Of a DNA stretch of 48,206 bases, positions 36,798-46,952 are shown piece after piece. The first letter of the stretch is position 1, and every line of letters starts with the position of its first letter. The position numbers and the translations under genes were made by a program. Below the pieces are notes generated by a model. The model was not told where the DNA came from and did no database searches. It was given only the letters and a program-made list of their open reading frames with translations. The stretch spans positions 1-48,206 of the forward strand of contig CALVTD010000003.1 of NCBI GenBank assembly GCA_944359935.1. The letters are read 5' to 3'. Source of the DNA: an uncultured Clostridia bacterium (GTDB lineage Bacteria; Bacillota; Clostridia; Christensenellales; UBA1242).

Positions 36798-39026
36798 ATG
36801 AAAAAATTAGCAATTGCTTTTTGCGGAGCGCTTTGCGCTTGTGTTGCTGCATTTGGGGTGGCTTGTTCATGTTCAACCGAGGATGATAAAACTATTTCCA
36901 GTGTAAGCACATCATCTTTTAAAAACTATTATCACGTTACTGAAACCATCGACTTTAACAATGTAAAACTTGATGTTAAATATGAAAATGGGACGTCTGA
37001 AACTTTAACATATGCAGAGTTTGATATACCAGTGGAAGATGCCGCTGAACAAACGCAGTTTATTGTTTATACAGATGGGTTATATGCTCAAACAGCGGGA
37101 GAACTTCAAACTGGGGAATATACCATCACATGTCAAATAATAGGTAATGATACTGTATATAATCTCGGGAAGATAAATGTTTCTGAAAATATGAATTTGA
37201 TTTATGACCTCGTTTTGTATTCCGAGCCTAGTTTTATTACCACATATAAAAATAACATAGCATCTGTTTCAGCAACCAACGAAGACGCTTTCTATTTGGA
37301 CAACTCTGATAACGAGTATGTTGTAGGTGATGATAATGCATTTATTTTTAAGCCAACGCTTTCATTGATTAGTAAAAGTGCAAGTGAAATAGTTGAAGCA
37401 GATGAATATGATGTAAATGTTGAAGTTTACATAATGCAAAATGGTGAATGGTCAAAAATAGAAGATGAAACTTATTACTCATTTCAAAATTTTAAATTCG
37501 ATTTTACTGATGCAGCAATAGGGCAATCTTTCAAAATTGAAATGACACCTGCTGATTTTGAAAAAGATATGTATGGTAATCCTGTTGAGCCAGTTACTTT
37601 TAGTTTTACAGTTCAAGATGGTTGGAATGCTTATACGGCAGATGATATTGCAAGAATCAATTTGGTTTCTGATGAAGTTAAAAGTTTATTGCAACAAAAC
37701 AAATTTTCTCGTTCACAATCACAAGCGATTTTCTATGAAAATGGAAAATATGTAAAAAAGTATTATTACGATATTTGGGAAAATTATCTTGCTAGTAAAG
37801 GATATTCAGCAGAAAATTTGGTGGACGTCAATGCTGTATATATGCATAATGATATAGAAGTTAAAGTTGAAGATTTGCCAAGTGATTATTTTGTAACAAC
37901 AGGTGAGGCTGGCGCTTATACAAAGGCTGATGGTTCTCTCAGGGATTATAGTTTCTTATATACACATTATTTAAATGAAGATTTCACATTTAATGGAAAT
38001 TATTTTAAACTTGATGTCAGTGATATACCTCTCGGTTATTCTGATTCTGGTAAGATTTTTACAAGTGATGCAGATATTATCCCAGGACATTCAACCGTGT
38101 TTGTGTTCTCTGGTTTATTAGATAATACAACAACGGAAAGGGCATATTTTAAAAATGTTAACACCGTTGGAAATACTGGCGAAGTTCAATCTGGCGCAAC
38201 TGAATCTGCGGAAGATGCTGCTGGTGGACTCATTCTTTTAAAATCAATTCATGTCACGACAGAAATAAGCAACAGTATTGCAAAACAATACATGATTGCA
38301 TGGTATGCAGAAAGCAGTCAGTTGGATGTAAACAACACAACAGACAGGGGAAATGTTTATATTGATTATGTAAAAACTTACGATTGCTTTAATAGCGCTT
38401 TCTTTGCGTATGCTTCCGAAAAAAATGAAATCGCAAACAGCGAAATGAAGCGTTTTGGTGGACCAATAATGTTCTTAATCAGCGAAGCGGAAAATTCAGA
38501 AGGGACTACTGTGGGCAAAAGGAGAGGCGGAATTTCAATAGATGAAAACACAATTCTCGAAAATTATGTCACAGGAGAGGAGCCTTGGTTTTCTGTAATG
38601 AACGCTAATAAAATTGCTACTCAACTCAAAGGCCTAAATGATTTATTAAACGGATATACAGAGTCAAATATTGTATATAACAATATACCAAATAAAGAAG
38701 GCGAATACTTGAATTTGATTATGGTTGCTATGGACCAAGATTATTTAGGCTCGCAAGAAAGAAATATTTATTCTGATTATGTTTATGGAAACGACGTGCC
38801 ATTTAATACTGATAATACAACATTAAATGGAATTATCGCAGATTCTAGTTATTTAAGCCCAGCATTTATGACAAGCAATGGTGAAATTGCGTATATAACT
38901 GGTAACGACAGCATGGCATTTTATCCAGGCGCCGGCTCATCATTTACAGGCGATTACCTTTACATGATGTATCCAGCTGACGGGACGATGATTGGTGCGG
39001 TTCTAGGAATGGAACAGATTGCTTAA
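36798..39026 (+). CDS. Large putative lipoprotein with N-terminal Ig-like domain
   Basis: MKK, hydrophobic stretch, VAC/SC lipobox-like; YHVTETIDFNNVKLDVKYENG Ig-like pattern; RBS AAGGAG. Confidence 0.7.
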   Translation: MKKLAIAFCGALCACVAAFGVACSCSTEDDKTISSVSTSSFKNYYHVTETIDFNNVKLDVKYENGTSETLTYAEFDIPVEDAAEQTQFIVYTDGLYAQTAGELQTGEYTITCQIIGNDTVYNLGKINVSENMNLIYDLVLYSEPSFITTYKNNIASVSATNEDAFYLDNSDNEYVVGDDNAFIFKPTLSLISKSASEIVEADEYDVNVEVYIMQNGEWSKIEDETYYSFQNFKFDFTDAAIGQSFKIEMTPADFEKDMYGNPVEPVTFSFTVQDGWNAYTADDIARINLVSDEVKSLLQQNKFSRSQSQAIFYENGKYVKKYYYDIWENYLASKGYSAENLVDVNAVYMHNDIEVKVEDLPSDYFVTTGEAGAYTKADGSLRDYSFLYTHYLNEDFTFNGNYFKLDVSDIPLGYSDSGKIFTSDADIIPGHSTVFVFSGLLDNTTTERAYFKNVNTVGNTGEVQSGATESAEDAAGGLILLKSIHVTTEISNSIAKQYMIAWYAESSQLDVNNTTDRGNVYIDYVKTYDCFNSAFFAYASEKNEIANSEMKRFGGPIMFLISEAENSEGTTVGKRRGGISIDENTILENYVTGEEPWFSVMNANKIATQLKGLNDLLNGYTESNIVYNNIPNKEGEYLNLIMVAMDQDYLGSQERNIYSDYVYGNDVPFNTDNTTLNGIIADSSYLSPAFMTSNGEIAYITGNDSMAFYPGAGSSFTGDYLYMMYPADGTMIGAVLGMEQIA

Positions 39027-39048
39027 AAATATTGGTTGTTTAAATATT

Positions 39049-39078
39049 AAAGTTTAGCATTAGTGCTAAACTTTTTTA
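39049..39078 (+). terminator. Intrinsic terminator
   Basis: AAAGTTTAGCA-loop-TGCTAAACTTT followed by Ts. Confidence 0.8.
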
Positions 39079-39127
39079 TTGCGTTTAAGGCAACCTTGTG
39101 TTATAATTTTTTCAACAAGGAGGAGGT

Positions 39128-40396
39128 ATGTCAAAAGTAAAAGTATATCGCTACCCAAACGGAGCAAAAATTATTTATGTGGAAGATAAGGACGCCGAGT
39201 TTACATACTTTACTGGTGAGTTTAAAGTTGGAGCCGTGGATGAAGAGAAGGGCAAAGAGGGCGCAGCGCACTTTTTAGAGCACATGGCATTTAAAAGCAC
39301 TACGAATATGAGCGAATATGAAAGAAGAAAAACACTGAATATAATGTGCGTAAACAATAATGCTTATACAGGTCCATATTCAATTAGTTTCGTTTGTTCG
39401 TCTTTGAATGAGTTGTTTAATGAGGGCTTTAAAATTTACATAGATGGGGTTACAAATTGCAAATTTGATAAAGGTGAAGTAAACAAAGAAAGAAAAGTCA
39501 TTTTGGAAGAATATAAAAGAGGTTTGTCAAATCCAAATCGTATTGCAGGAAGACTGGGTTATAGAAAAATGTATAAAAATAGTGAATTTTCTCATGACAT
39601 AATAGGCACAAAAACATCAATTCAAAAAATTTCTGTAAATGATTTAAAAGAGTTTTATCAAAAATTTACGCCAGATAAATTTACTATTTATGGCGGTGGA
39701 AAAATGAGAGCAAGCCAGTATAAAAAATTGATGGAAAAATATCTTGGTAAGTTTTTGTTTATGAAAGATTTTAAAAGTATTCCACAACCTATCGAAGAGC
39801 CAATAGAAAAGCCAAAGTTTTATGCTTTAAATAAAGATAATGCTCAAACGCAAGTAGTGTTGCAGATGAACATATTTAATTTTTATGATTTAAGAAAGGC
39901 TGCGTTAACTTATATAGATGCTGCAATGAATGATGTGGGAGGAAGGCTGTATGTTGAAGCGCGTGATAAACAGGGGTTGCTGTATGATATTGGCACAAAT
40001 CATGGTTTAAACGAAAATTGTGGTTGGCTTGCACTGGGTTTTGGGTGCATTAGTGATAATGTGCCAAAAGTTTTAGCGATATTTAAAAACTGTTTAAAAG
40101 ATATAGCAACAAACGGTTTGGACAAAGATGAATTTCAAAAAATTAAGAACACAATAAAAGTTCGTTTGGCAAATGCCAAGATTAGTTTGAACAGAAAAAT
40201 AAACAATGCTTATCATGATGTAAGATTTAATGGATGTTTGCTTACTGACAAAGAAAGATACGCAGAACTTGAAAACGTTACTAATGAAAACATTAAACAG
40301 GTGGCGCAATATCTTTTAGATAACCAAAGTTATGTGATTGTTGGCGTTGGAAAAGGCATTACACAAAAACATCTTGAAAGTTACAAAAAGGCTTAA
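39128..40396 (+). CDS. M16 family (insulinase/pitrilysin-like) zinc metallopeptidase
   Basis: GAAHFLEHMAFK (HXXEH), NAYT, ERKVILEE, RDKQGLLY. Confidence 0.93.
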   Translation: MSKVKVYRYPNGAKIIYVEDKDAEFTYFTGEFKVGAVDEEKGKEGAAHFLEHMAFKSTTNMSEYERRKTLNIMCVNNNAYTGPYSISFVCSSLNELFNEGFKIYIDGVTNCKFDKGEVNKERKVILEEYKRGLSNPNRIAGRLGYRKMYKNSEFSHDIIGTKTSIQKISVNDLKEFYQKFTPDKFTIYGGGKMRASQYKKLMEKYLGKFLFMKDFKSIPQPIEEPIEKPKFYALNKDNAQTQVVLQMNIFNFYDLRKAALTYIDAAMNDVGGRLYVEARDKQGLLYDIGTNHGLNENCGWLALGFGCISDNVPKVLAIFKNCLKDIATNGLDKDEFQKIKNTIKVRLANAKISLNRKINNAYHDVRFNGCLLTDKERYAELENVTNENIKQVAQYLLDNQSYVIVGVGKGITQKHLESYKKA

Positions 40397-40516
40397 AAAA
40401 TAAGCCTTTTTTTGTTGCAAAAAAATTAAAATTATTTTTAAAAAACACCTTATTTTATTTTGAAAAAAATCGCCTTTTTTGTATACTTATCTCGTATCGA
40501 AAAAAAGGAGAAATGC

Positions 40517-43144
40517 ATGAAAAAATTTGTTTACGCTTTTAAAGAAGCAGACGGAAAAAACAAAGCACTTTTTGGTGGTAAAGGTGCAAACCTTGCAGAG
40601 ATGACTCGCCTTGGCATGCCTGTTCCACAAGGGTTTATCGTAACCACTGAGGCTTGCACTCAATATTATGCAGATGGAAGAAAAATCAATGACGGCATTA
40701 TGAAACAAATTGAAACTAAACTTGCCGAACTTGAAAAAATTACAGGAAAGAAATTTGGCGACAGCAAAAATCCTCTTCTTGTTTCAGTTCGTTCAGGCGC
40801 AAGAGTTTCTATGCCTGGTATGATGGATACAATTTTAAATCTTGGACTTAATGATGAAGTGGTTGAAGGCTTGGCAGGACTTTCTAACAACCCAAGATTT
40901 GCTTACGATTCTTACAGAAGATTTATTCAAATGTTTTCTGATGTTGTTATGCAACAGGACAAATCTAAATACGAAAGAATTTTAGACGAAATTAAAGAAA
41001 AGAAAGGCGTTAAATTTGATAAAGACCTTTCTGCTGACGATTTAAAAGAAATTGTTAAACTCTTTAAATCACTTTATAAAAAAGGTCTTGGCGAAGAATT
41101 CCCACAAGACCCAAAAGTTCAACTTATGGAAGCAGTTAAGGCTGTGTTCAGATCTTGGGATAACGACAGAGCAAACGTTTACAGAAGAATGCACGACATT
41201 CCATATGAATGGGGCACTGCTGTAAATGTTCAGTCTATGGTGTTTGGTAACCTTGGCGATGATTCTGGAACAGGCGTTGCGTTCAGCCGTAACCCTGCAA
41301 CAGGTGAGAACCAATTATATGGTGAGTATTTGATGAACGCTCAGGGAGAAGACGTGGTGGCTGGAATTAGAACTCCACTTCCTATTTCAACCCTTAAAGA
41401 ACAAAATCCAAAGGTTTATGACGAATTTGTAAAAATCGCAAAAACTCTTGAAAAACACAACCATGATATGCAAGATATGGAGTTCACCATTGAAAAAGGC
41501 AAACTTTACATGCTTCAAACAAGAAACGGCAAGAGAACCGCTAAGGCCGCATTAAAAGTTGCCGTTGACCTTGTTAAAGAAAAAATGATAACCGAAAAAG
41601 AAGCACTTCTCATGATTGACCCTAAACAACTTGATGCGCTTTTGCACCCTCAATTTGAGGCGTCTGCACTCAAAAAAGCACAGGTTATTGCCGAGGCACT
41701 TCCTGCTTCACCAGGGGCTGCTTGCGGAAAAATCTGCTTCACAGCAGAAAAAGCCAAGGCTATGGCTGAAAAGAAAGAGAAAGTTGTGCTTGTAAGGCTT
41801 GAAACCTCGCCAGAAGATATTGAAGGCATGGCCGCTTCACAAGGCATTTTGACTGCAAGAGGAGGAATGACTTCTCACGCTGCCGTTGTTGCAAGAGGCA
41901 TGGGAACTGCCTGCGTTGCTGGCTGCTCAGCAATCAAGTTTGCCCCAGACGGCAAATCATTCTCAATCAAAAACAAAACCTTTAAAGAAGGCGACGTTAT
42001 AGCATTCGATGGTTCTACTGGAAAGATTTATGCTGGCGCTGTTGCAACTGAGCCTGCAAAAATTTCTGGTGAATTTGCCACAATTATGGAATGGGCAGAC
42101 CAAAACCGCAAACTTCAAGTTAGAACAAATGCCGACAATCCAAAAGACGCAAAGAATGCGTTTGAATTTGGGGCAGAGGGCATTGGCCTTTGCAGAACCG
42201 AGCATATGTTCTTTGAGGCTGACAGAATTATGGCTATGAGAGAAATGATTGTTGCTTCAACTGTTGAAGAGAGAAGAAAAGCACTTGCAAAACTTCTTCC
42301 TATGCAGAAAAAAGACTTCAAAGGTCTTTACACAGCAATGAAAGGCCGCCCAGTTACAATTCGTTTCTTGGATCCACCTCTTCATGAGTTCCTTCCTCAC
42401 ACCGACGAGGAAATCAAGGCTCTTGCAAAAGAGATGAACATTTCTGCTGCATCACTTAAACAAACAGTTGCAGACCTTCATGAGTTCAACCCAATGATGG
42501 GCCACAGAGGTTTGAGGCTTGCAGTAACATATCCTGAAATTGCTGAGATGCAAACCCAGGCTGTTATTGAGGCCGCTATTGAAGTTAAAAAATCACATGG
42601 CTATGACATCGTTCCTGAAATTATGATTCCTCTCACTTGCGACGCAAAAGAATTTAAGTTTGTTCGCGACATTGTTGCAAACAAAGCAGACGAAATCATT
42701 GCTAAGAAGAAAGCAGATTTGAAATACAAAATCGGCACAATGATTGAAATTCCTCGTGCAGCGCTCACTGCTGACGAAGTTGCAAAATATGCAGAGTTCT
42801 TCTCATTTGGAACAAACGACTTAACACAAATGACCTATGGTTTCAGTCGTGATGATGCTGGCAAATTCCTTGATGTTTACTATCAAAAGAAGATTTTTGA
42901 AAGCGACCCATTTGCAAGACTTGACCAAAACGGCGTTGGCAAACTTGTTAAAATGGCTGCTGACCTTGGCAAAAGCACTCGCCCAGACATCAAACTTGGC
43001 ATATGCGGTGAGCATGGTGGAGACCCATCAAGTGTTGAATTCTGCCACAACGCAGGGCTTAACTATGTTTCATGCTCTCCATTCCGTGTGCCAATTGCAA
43101 GGCTTGCGGCTGCTCAGGCAAACATCAAAAACCCAAGAAAATAA
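40517..43144 (+). CDS. ppdK: Pyruvate, phosphate dikinase
   Basis: GGKGANLAEM, SVRSGARVSMPGMMDT, RGGMTSHAAVVARG, SFGTNDLTQ, GICGEHGG; RBS AAGGAG. Confidence 0.99.
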   Translation: MKKFVYAFKEADGKNKALFGGKGANLAEMTRLGMPVPQGFIVTTEACTQYYADGRKINDGIMKQIETKLAELEKITGKKFGDSKNPLLVSVRSGARVSMPGMMDTILNLGLNDEVVEGLAGLSNNPRFAYDSYRRFIQMFSDVVMQQDKSKYERILDEIKEKKGVKFDKDLSADDLKEIVKLFKSLYKKGLGEEFPQDPKVQLMEAVKAVFRSWDNDRANVYRRMHDIPYEWGTAVNVQSMVFGNLGDDSGTGVAFSRNPATGENQLYGEYLMNAQGEDVVAGIRTPLPISTLKEQNPKVYDEFVKIAKTLEKHNHDMQDMEFTIEKGKLYMLQTRNGKRTAKAALKVAVDLVKEKMITEKEALLMIDPKQLDALLHPQFEASALKKAQVIAEALPASPGAACGKICFTAEKAKAMAEKKEKVVLVRLETSPEDIEGMAASQGILTARGGMTSHAAVVARGMGTACVAGCSAIKFAPDGKSFSIKNKTFKEGDVIAFDGSTGKIYAGAVATEPAKISGEFATIMEWADQNRKLQVRTNADNPKDAKNAFEFGAEGIGLCRTEHMFFEADRIMAMREMIVASTVEERRKALAKLLPMQKKDFKGLYTAMKGRPVTIRFLDPPLHEFLPHTDEEIKALAKEMNISAASLKQTVADLHEFNPMMGHRGLRLAVTYPEIAEMQTQAVIEAAIEVKKSHGYDIVPEIMIPLTCDAKEFKFVRDIVANKADEIIAKKKADLKYKIGTMIEIPRAALTADEVAKYAEFFSFGTNDLTQMTYGFSRDDAGKFLDVYYQKKIFESDPFARLDQNGVGKLVKMAADLGKSTRPDIKLGICGEHGGDPSSVEFCHNAGLNYVSCSPFRVPIARLAAAQANIKNPRK

Positions 43145-43168
43145 TCAAAAAAATAAAGAAAAAATTAA

Positions 43169-43200
43169 AAAAAAACGACCATTTTTGGGTCGTTTTTTTT
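43169..43200 (+). terminator. Intrinsic terminator after ppdK
   Basis: AAAAAAACGACC-loop-GGTCGTTTTTTT. Confidence 0.8.
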
Positions 43201-43203
43201 GTT

Positions 43204-43402
43204 TTTTCCACAAAAATTAAAATTCGATGAAAAGTTTTTCCACATCTTTCTTTAAAAAGATAAAAAGAAAATTTAGACAAAAAAGTTAATTTGAGGGCTT
43301 GACAGAGTGAGTGAGTGCGTGTATACTTGTTTTTAACGAAAGGTTACAACCCGCTTTAAATTCTTCCACACAAGCGAATTTTTGCCTTTTAATTTATCCA
43401 CA
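43204..43402 (+). promoter_or_regulatory. Cluster of DnaA-box-like 9-mers around a sigma-A promoter
   Basis: TTTTCCACA 43204 and 43236, TCTTCCACA 43362, TTATCCACA 43394; TTGACA(43299)-17 nt-TATACT(43322). Confidence 0.6.
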
Positions 43403-43414
43403 GGAGAAGAAATT

Positions 43415-43987
43415 TTGGAAATCACAAGTTACGGCAAAGCAAAAAAAATGTTGGAGCAAGATGGAGCAAACATTAGGTTCGTTGCACCAAGCATATTGGA
43501 TGAAGCGCTTTGTTTGATTGCAGTTGAGCATTCAAACGATGCATTATCAAAAATTCCAAGAAGTTTGCGCACGGATGTGGTTTGTTTGGCAGCAATGAAA
43601 AATGGCAACTATTTAGGGGACGTGCCATTTCTTAACAGAACAGAGGATATTTGCAGAGAGGGCGTAAAAAATCAAAGTAAGGCTAGTTTGGTTTGTGTGC
43701 CAGAGGAACTGCTAGATGTTGACATTTGCAAGGATGCTGTTGCGGCAAACGGATACAACATTAAAGATGTGCCAGAAAAGTTTATAACAAAAGAGATGTG
43801 CAGGGCCGCTGTAAGCAAAAATCCAATGTCGCTTGAATATGTGCCAGTTAAGTTTAGAACTGATGAAATTTGTCAAATTGCTGTTGATGGCAATAAAAAT
43901 GCCGCAGCATTTGCCTCTCCAAAGTTTCAGGAAATTTTAAAAGTTTCAAAAAAGCCAAAAAGTGGGTTTTTGCGCTTTACAAAATAA
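43415..43987 (+). CDS. DUF4116-like repeat protein
   Basis: About 25-aa repeats of type C..AV..N...L..VP....T.E(I/M)C; TTG start at 43415 chosen from RBS AGGAG. Confidence 0.75.
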   Translation: MEITSYGKAKKMLEQDGANIRFVAPSILDEALCLIAVEHSNDALSKIPRSLRTDVVCLAAMKNGNYLGDVPFLNRTEDICREGVKNQSKASLVCVPEELLDVDICKDAVAANGYNIKDVPEKFITKEMCRAAVSKNPMSLEYVPVKFRTDEICQIAVDGNKNAAAFASPKFQEILKVSKKPKSGFLRFTK

Positions 43988-44036
43988 AAGATTTGTGCTA
44001 TACTTAGCCATGAAATTTATTTAGAGGTGAAGTGTT

Positions 44037-44231
44037 ATGATGAATTATCCGCCAATTGATGAACTTGTAGCAAAAGTAGGCAATGTTTATGTGCTTTGCA
44101 ACTTGATTACTAAGCGTGCTAAGCAAATTGCAACCGTAAGAAGGGCAGAACTTGCAGGCAGCGATAAAAAAGAAATCAGCATCGCTTGTGAAGAAATCTA
44201 TCAAGGCAAAGTGGTGCCAAGCGACTTTTAA
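44037..44231 (+). CDS. rpoZ: RNA polymerase subunit omega
   Basis: YPPIDEL, KRAKQI, SIACEEI; upstream of priA. Confidence 0.92.
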   Translation: MMNYPPIDELVAKVGNVYVLCNLITKRAKQIATVRRAELAGSDKKEISIACEEIYQGKVVPSDF

Positions 44232-44298
44232 TTGAAAAATTTTAAAAGTGTGATATAATTCTATTGCAAAACGCAATAGAATTTTTTTAAGGAGTGTC

Positions 44299-46470
44299 AT
44301 GTTCGCGTCAGTGATTATCGACCAAGATGTTAAAGCGCTTAACAAAGTGTTTGAATATCTTGTTCCGGATGGAATAGATGTGCAGGTTGGGGCAAGGGTC
44401 TGCGTGCCATTTGGGCAAAGAACCTTGCAGGGCTTTGTTATTGCGCTTAAAGAAAATTGCGACTATGACGCGGCAAAAATAAAAAAGATTTATGGCGTTA
44501 TGGATGATTTTGCACTTATAAAGGGCGAACTAATCAAATTGATGGGCTTTATGTGCGATGAATTTCATTTAAGGCAAACCTCTGTTTTAAGATTGTTGGT
44601 GCCAAGTGAAATTCGTGAAGGCAAGGTTAAAGAACTGTTCGAAAAGTATGCAGTTTTGGGAGATTATGACCTTCAAAGTTTAAGCAGGGCAAAAAAGCAG
44701 CAACAAATCATTCAAAAATTGCAAACTGAGCAAAGGATGCTTATTAGCGACATTAAACAGCAATTTGGCGAGAGCGCAGTTAAGGCGCTTATTGACAAGA
44801 ATTTTATCGTGGTTGAAAAACAAAAAATAAACCGCACTCCACTTTGGCTGGGCAGGGACGATAAGGCGGTTACTTTAAACGCGCAACAACTTAACGCAAT
44901 AGAAACCATTCAAGGGAATAAAACCTTTCTATTACATGGCGTAACCGGCAGTGGAAAAACCGAGGTTTACATGCACCTGATTTCGCGCGCACTTGAAAAT
45001 GGCAAAAGTGCGATTATGCTTGTGCCTGAAATTTCACTCACGCCGCAAGTGGTTTCGCTGTTTAGGGCGCGCTTTGGTGAAAAAATTGCGCTTCTTCACA
45101 GTTCGCTTTCGGCGGGAGAAAGGTTTGACGAGTGGCGCAGGATTTTTAGCGGTGAGGCTCAGGTTGTTGTGGGGGCGAGGTCGGCCATCTTTGCACCATG
45201 CGAAAATGTGGGGATTATAATAATCGATGAAGAGCATGAGCAATCTTACATAAGCGAAGCCAATCCTCGCTATAACAGCCAAGAGGTGGCAGCGTTTAGG
45301 GCAAGGTTCAATGGATGTCCGCTTGTGCTTGGAAGTGCAACGCCAAGCATTGACGACTATCAGCGCGCGATGGATGGTGAAATCCAACTGGTGGAGATGC
45401 CTGTTCGCGCCAACGGCAGGCCGCTTCCTAAAATTCAAATCATTGACATGATGAATGAACTGCGCGCAGGCAACAGCGGAATATTTTCAACGCAACTGCT
45501 CTGTGATCTGGCAAAAGTCATCAATCAAAAAAAGCAGGCCATGATTTTTATAAATCGCAGGGGATATTCCTCGTTTATGATGTGCAGAGAGTGTGGATAT
45601 GTGGCAAAATGCAACGATTGCGATGTGAGTTTGGTGTATCATAGAGAGGACAACAGGCTTAAATGTCATTATTGCGGCAAGCAGTATAAGGTTTTGGATG
45701 TTTGCCCAAATTGCGGCTCGGCGCGCATTAAGCAGGGCGCAGTTGGCACGGAAAAGATTGTAAGCGAACTAAAAAATCTTTTTCCAGATGTGAAAATTTT
45801 GCGCATGGATAATGACACAACGTCAAAAAAGAACGCACATCAAAAACTGCTGCAAGAGTTTGCGTCCACTAAGCCAGCCATTTTGGTTGGCACGCAGATG
45901 ATTGCAAAGGGGCATGATTTTGAAGATGTTACGCTTGTTGGAATTATAGATGCCGACCAAAGTTTGTATCGCGCCGACTATCGCAGCGCTGAGCGCTGTT
46001 TTCAACTTATCACTCAGGTGAGTGGCCGCGCTGGACGAAGCGTAAGTGAAGGCAAGGTGGATTTGCAAACCTACTCGCCGCGGCACTATGTTTATAAATT
46101 TGCAGCCAACTATGATTACAAATCATTTTTCAAAAAAGAGGCGAATATTCGAAAAACCGCCGCTTTTCCACCTTTTTCAAAAATCATCCGCATACTTTTT
46201 TGTCATAGTGATGAAAATGTGGTGAAAGATGAGTTAAAATCATGTTATAATAAACTGTTGAAAGTGCGTGAAAAACATTTTGATGACATCATCTATATGG
46301 ACGCCATGAAATCGCCAATCAAGCGAATTAAAAATTTGTATAGATATCAAGTTATCATTCGCATGCGCCTTGAAAACAGCAGGGCAATAGAAAATGAAAT
46401 TTATGATTGCACCTTAGATGCGTTAAAATCCAGCGTGTTTTTTGAGGTCAATCCAGAAAATATGTCATAG
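44299..46470 (+). CDS. priA: Primosomal protein N'
   Basis: LHGVTGSGKTEVY, IDEEHE, Cys cluster, GTQMIAKGHDF, QVSGRAGR. Confidence 0.99.
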   Translation: MFASVIIDQDVKALNKVFEYLVPDGIDVQVGARVCVPFGQRTLQGFVIALKENCDYDAAKIKKIYGVMDDFALIKGELIKLMGFMCDEFHLRQTSVLRLLVPSEIREGKVKELFEKYAVLGDYDLQSLSRAKKQQQIIQKLQTEQRMLISDIKQQFGESAVKALIDKNFIVVEKQKINRTPLWLGRDDKAVTLNAQQLNAIETIQGNKTFLLHGVTGSGKTEVYMHLISRALENGKSAIMLVPEISLTPQVVSLFRARFGEKIALLHSSLSAGERFDEWRRIFSGEAQVVVGARSAIFAPCENVGIIIIDEEHEQSYISEANPRYNSQEVAAFRARFNGCPLVLGSATPSIDDYQRAMDGEIQLVEMPVRANGRPLPKIQIIDMMNELRAGNSGIFSTQLLCDLAKVINQKKQAMIFINRRGYSSFMMCRECGYVAKCNDCDVSLVYHREDNRLKCHYCGKQYKVLDVCPNCGSARIKQGAVGTEKIVSELKNLFPDVKILRMDNDTTSKKNAHQKLLQEFASTKPAILVGTQMIAKGHDFEDVTLVGIIDADQSLYRADYRSAERCFQLITQVSGRAGRSVSEGKVDLQTYSPRHYVYKFAANYDYKSFFKKEANIRKTAAFPPFSKIIRILFCHSDENVVKDELKSCYNKLLKVREKHFDDIIYMDAMKSPIKRIKNLYRYQVIIRMRLENSRAIENEIYDCTLDALKSSVFFEVNPENMS

Positions 46471-46478
46471 GAGGAGAA

Positions 46479-46952
46479 ATGGCAAAAAGAAAAGTTTTAA
46501 AATTTCCCGATGAAAGGCTTAGAAAAGTTTCAAAAAAAGTCACCGAATTTGACGATGAACTTGCCGAACTTTTGGATGACATGCGTGAAACTATGTATGC
46601 CAATGACGGCATGGGCTTGGCCGCTCCACAGGTTGGCGTGCCAATCCGCGCAGTGATTATGGATATTTCAGGCAACTTTTTTGAATTTATCAATCCTGAA
46701 ATCGTGCATGCCGAAGGTGAGCAGGAAGACGAAGAGGGCTGCCTCAGCGTTGGCAATTTTAATGATGTGGTTAAAAGGCCGCTTAAAGTTACCGTGCGCG
46801 CTCAGGATAGGCTGGGATATAAGTATGAAATAACCGGCGAAAAATATTTTGCCAGGTGCGTTTGTCATGAATTAGACCATCTTGACGGCATTTTGTTCAT
46901 CGACAGAAGCAAAAATGGCAAAGAATACATCAAAAAGTATGGTAAAAAATGA
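46479..46952 (+). CDS. def: Peptide deformylase
   Basis: GMGLAAPQVG, EGCLS, HELDHLDG. Confidence 0.99.
   Translation: MAKRKVLKFPDERLRKVSKKVTEFDDELAELLDDMRETMYANDGMGLAAPQVGVPIRAVIMDISGNFFEFINPEIVHAEGEQEDEEGCLSVGNFNDVVKRPLKVTVRAQDRLGYKYEITGEKYFARCVCHELDHLDGILFIDRSKNGKEYIKKYGKK

Noticed and set aside
43204-43402. oriC
   Set aside because: No dnaA/dnaN/rpmH nearby and gene orientation does not switch; kept only as a DnaA-box cluster.
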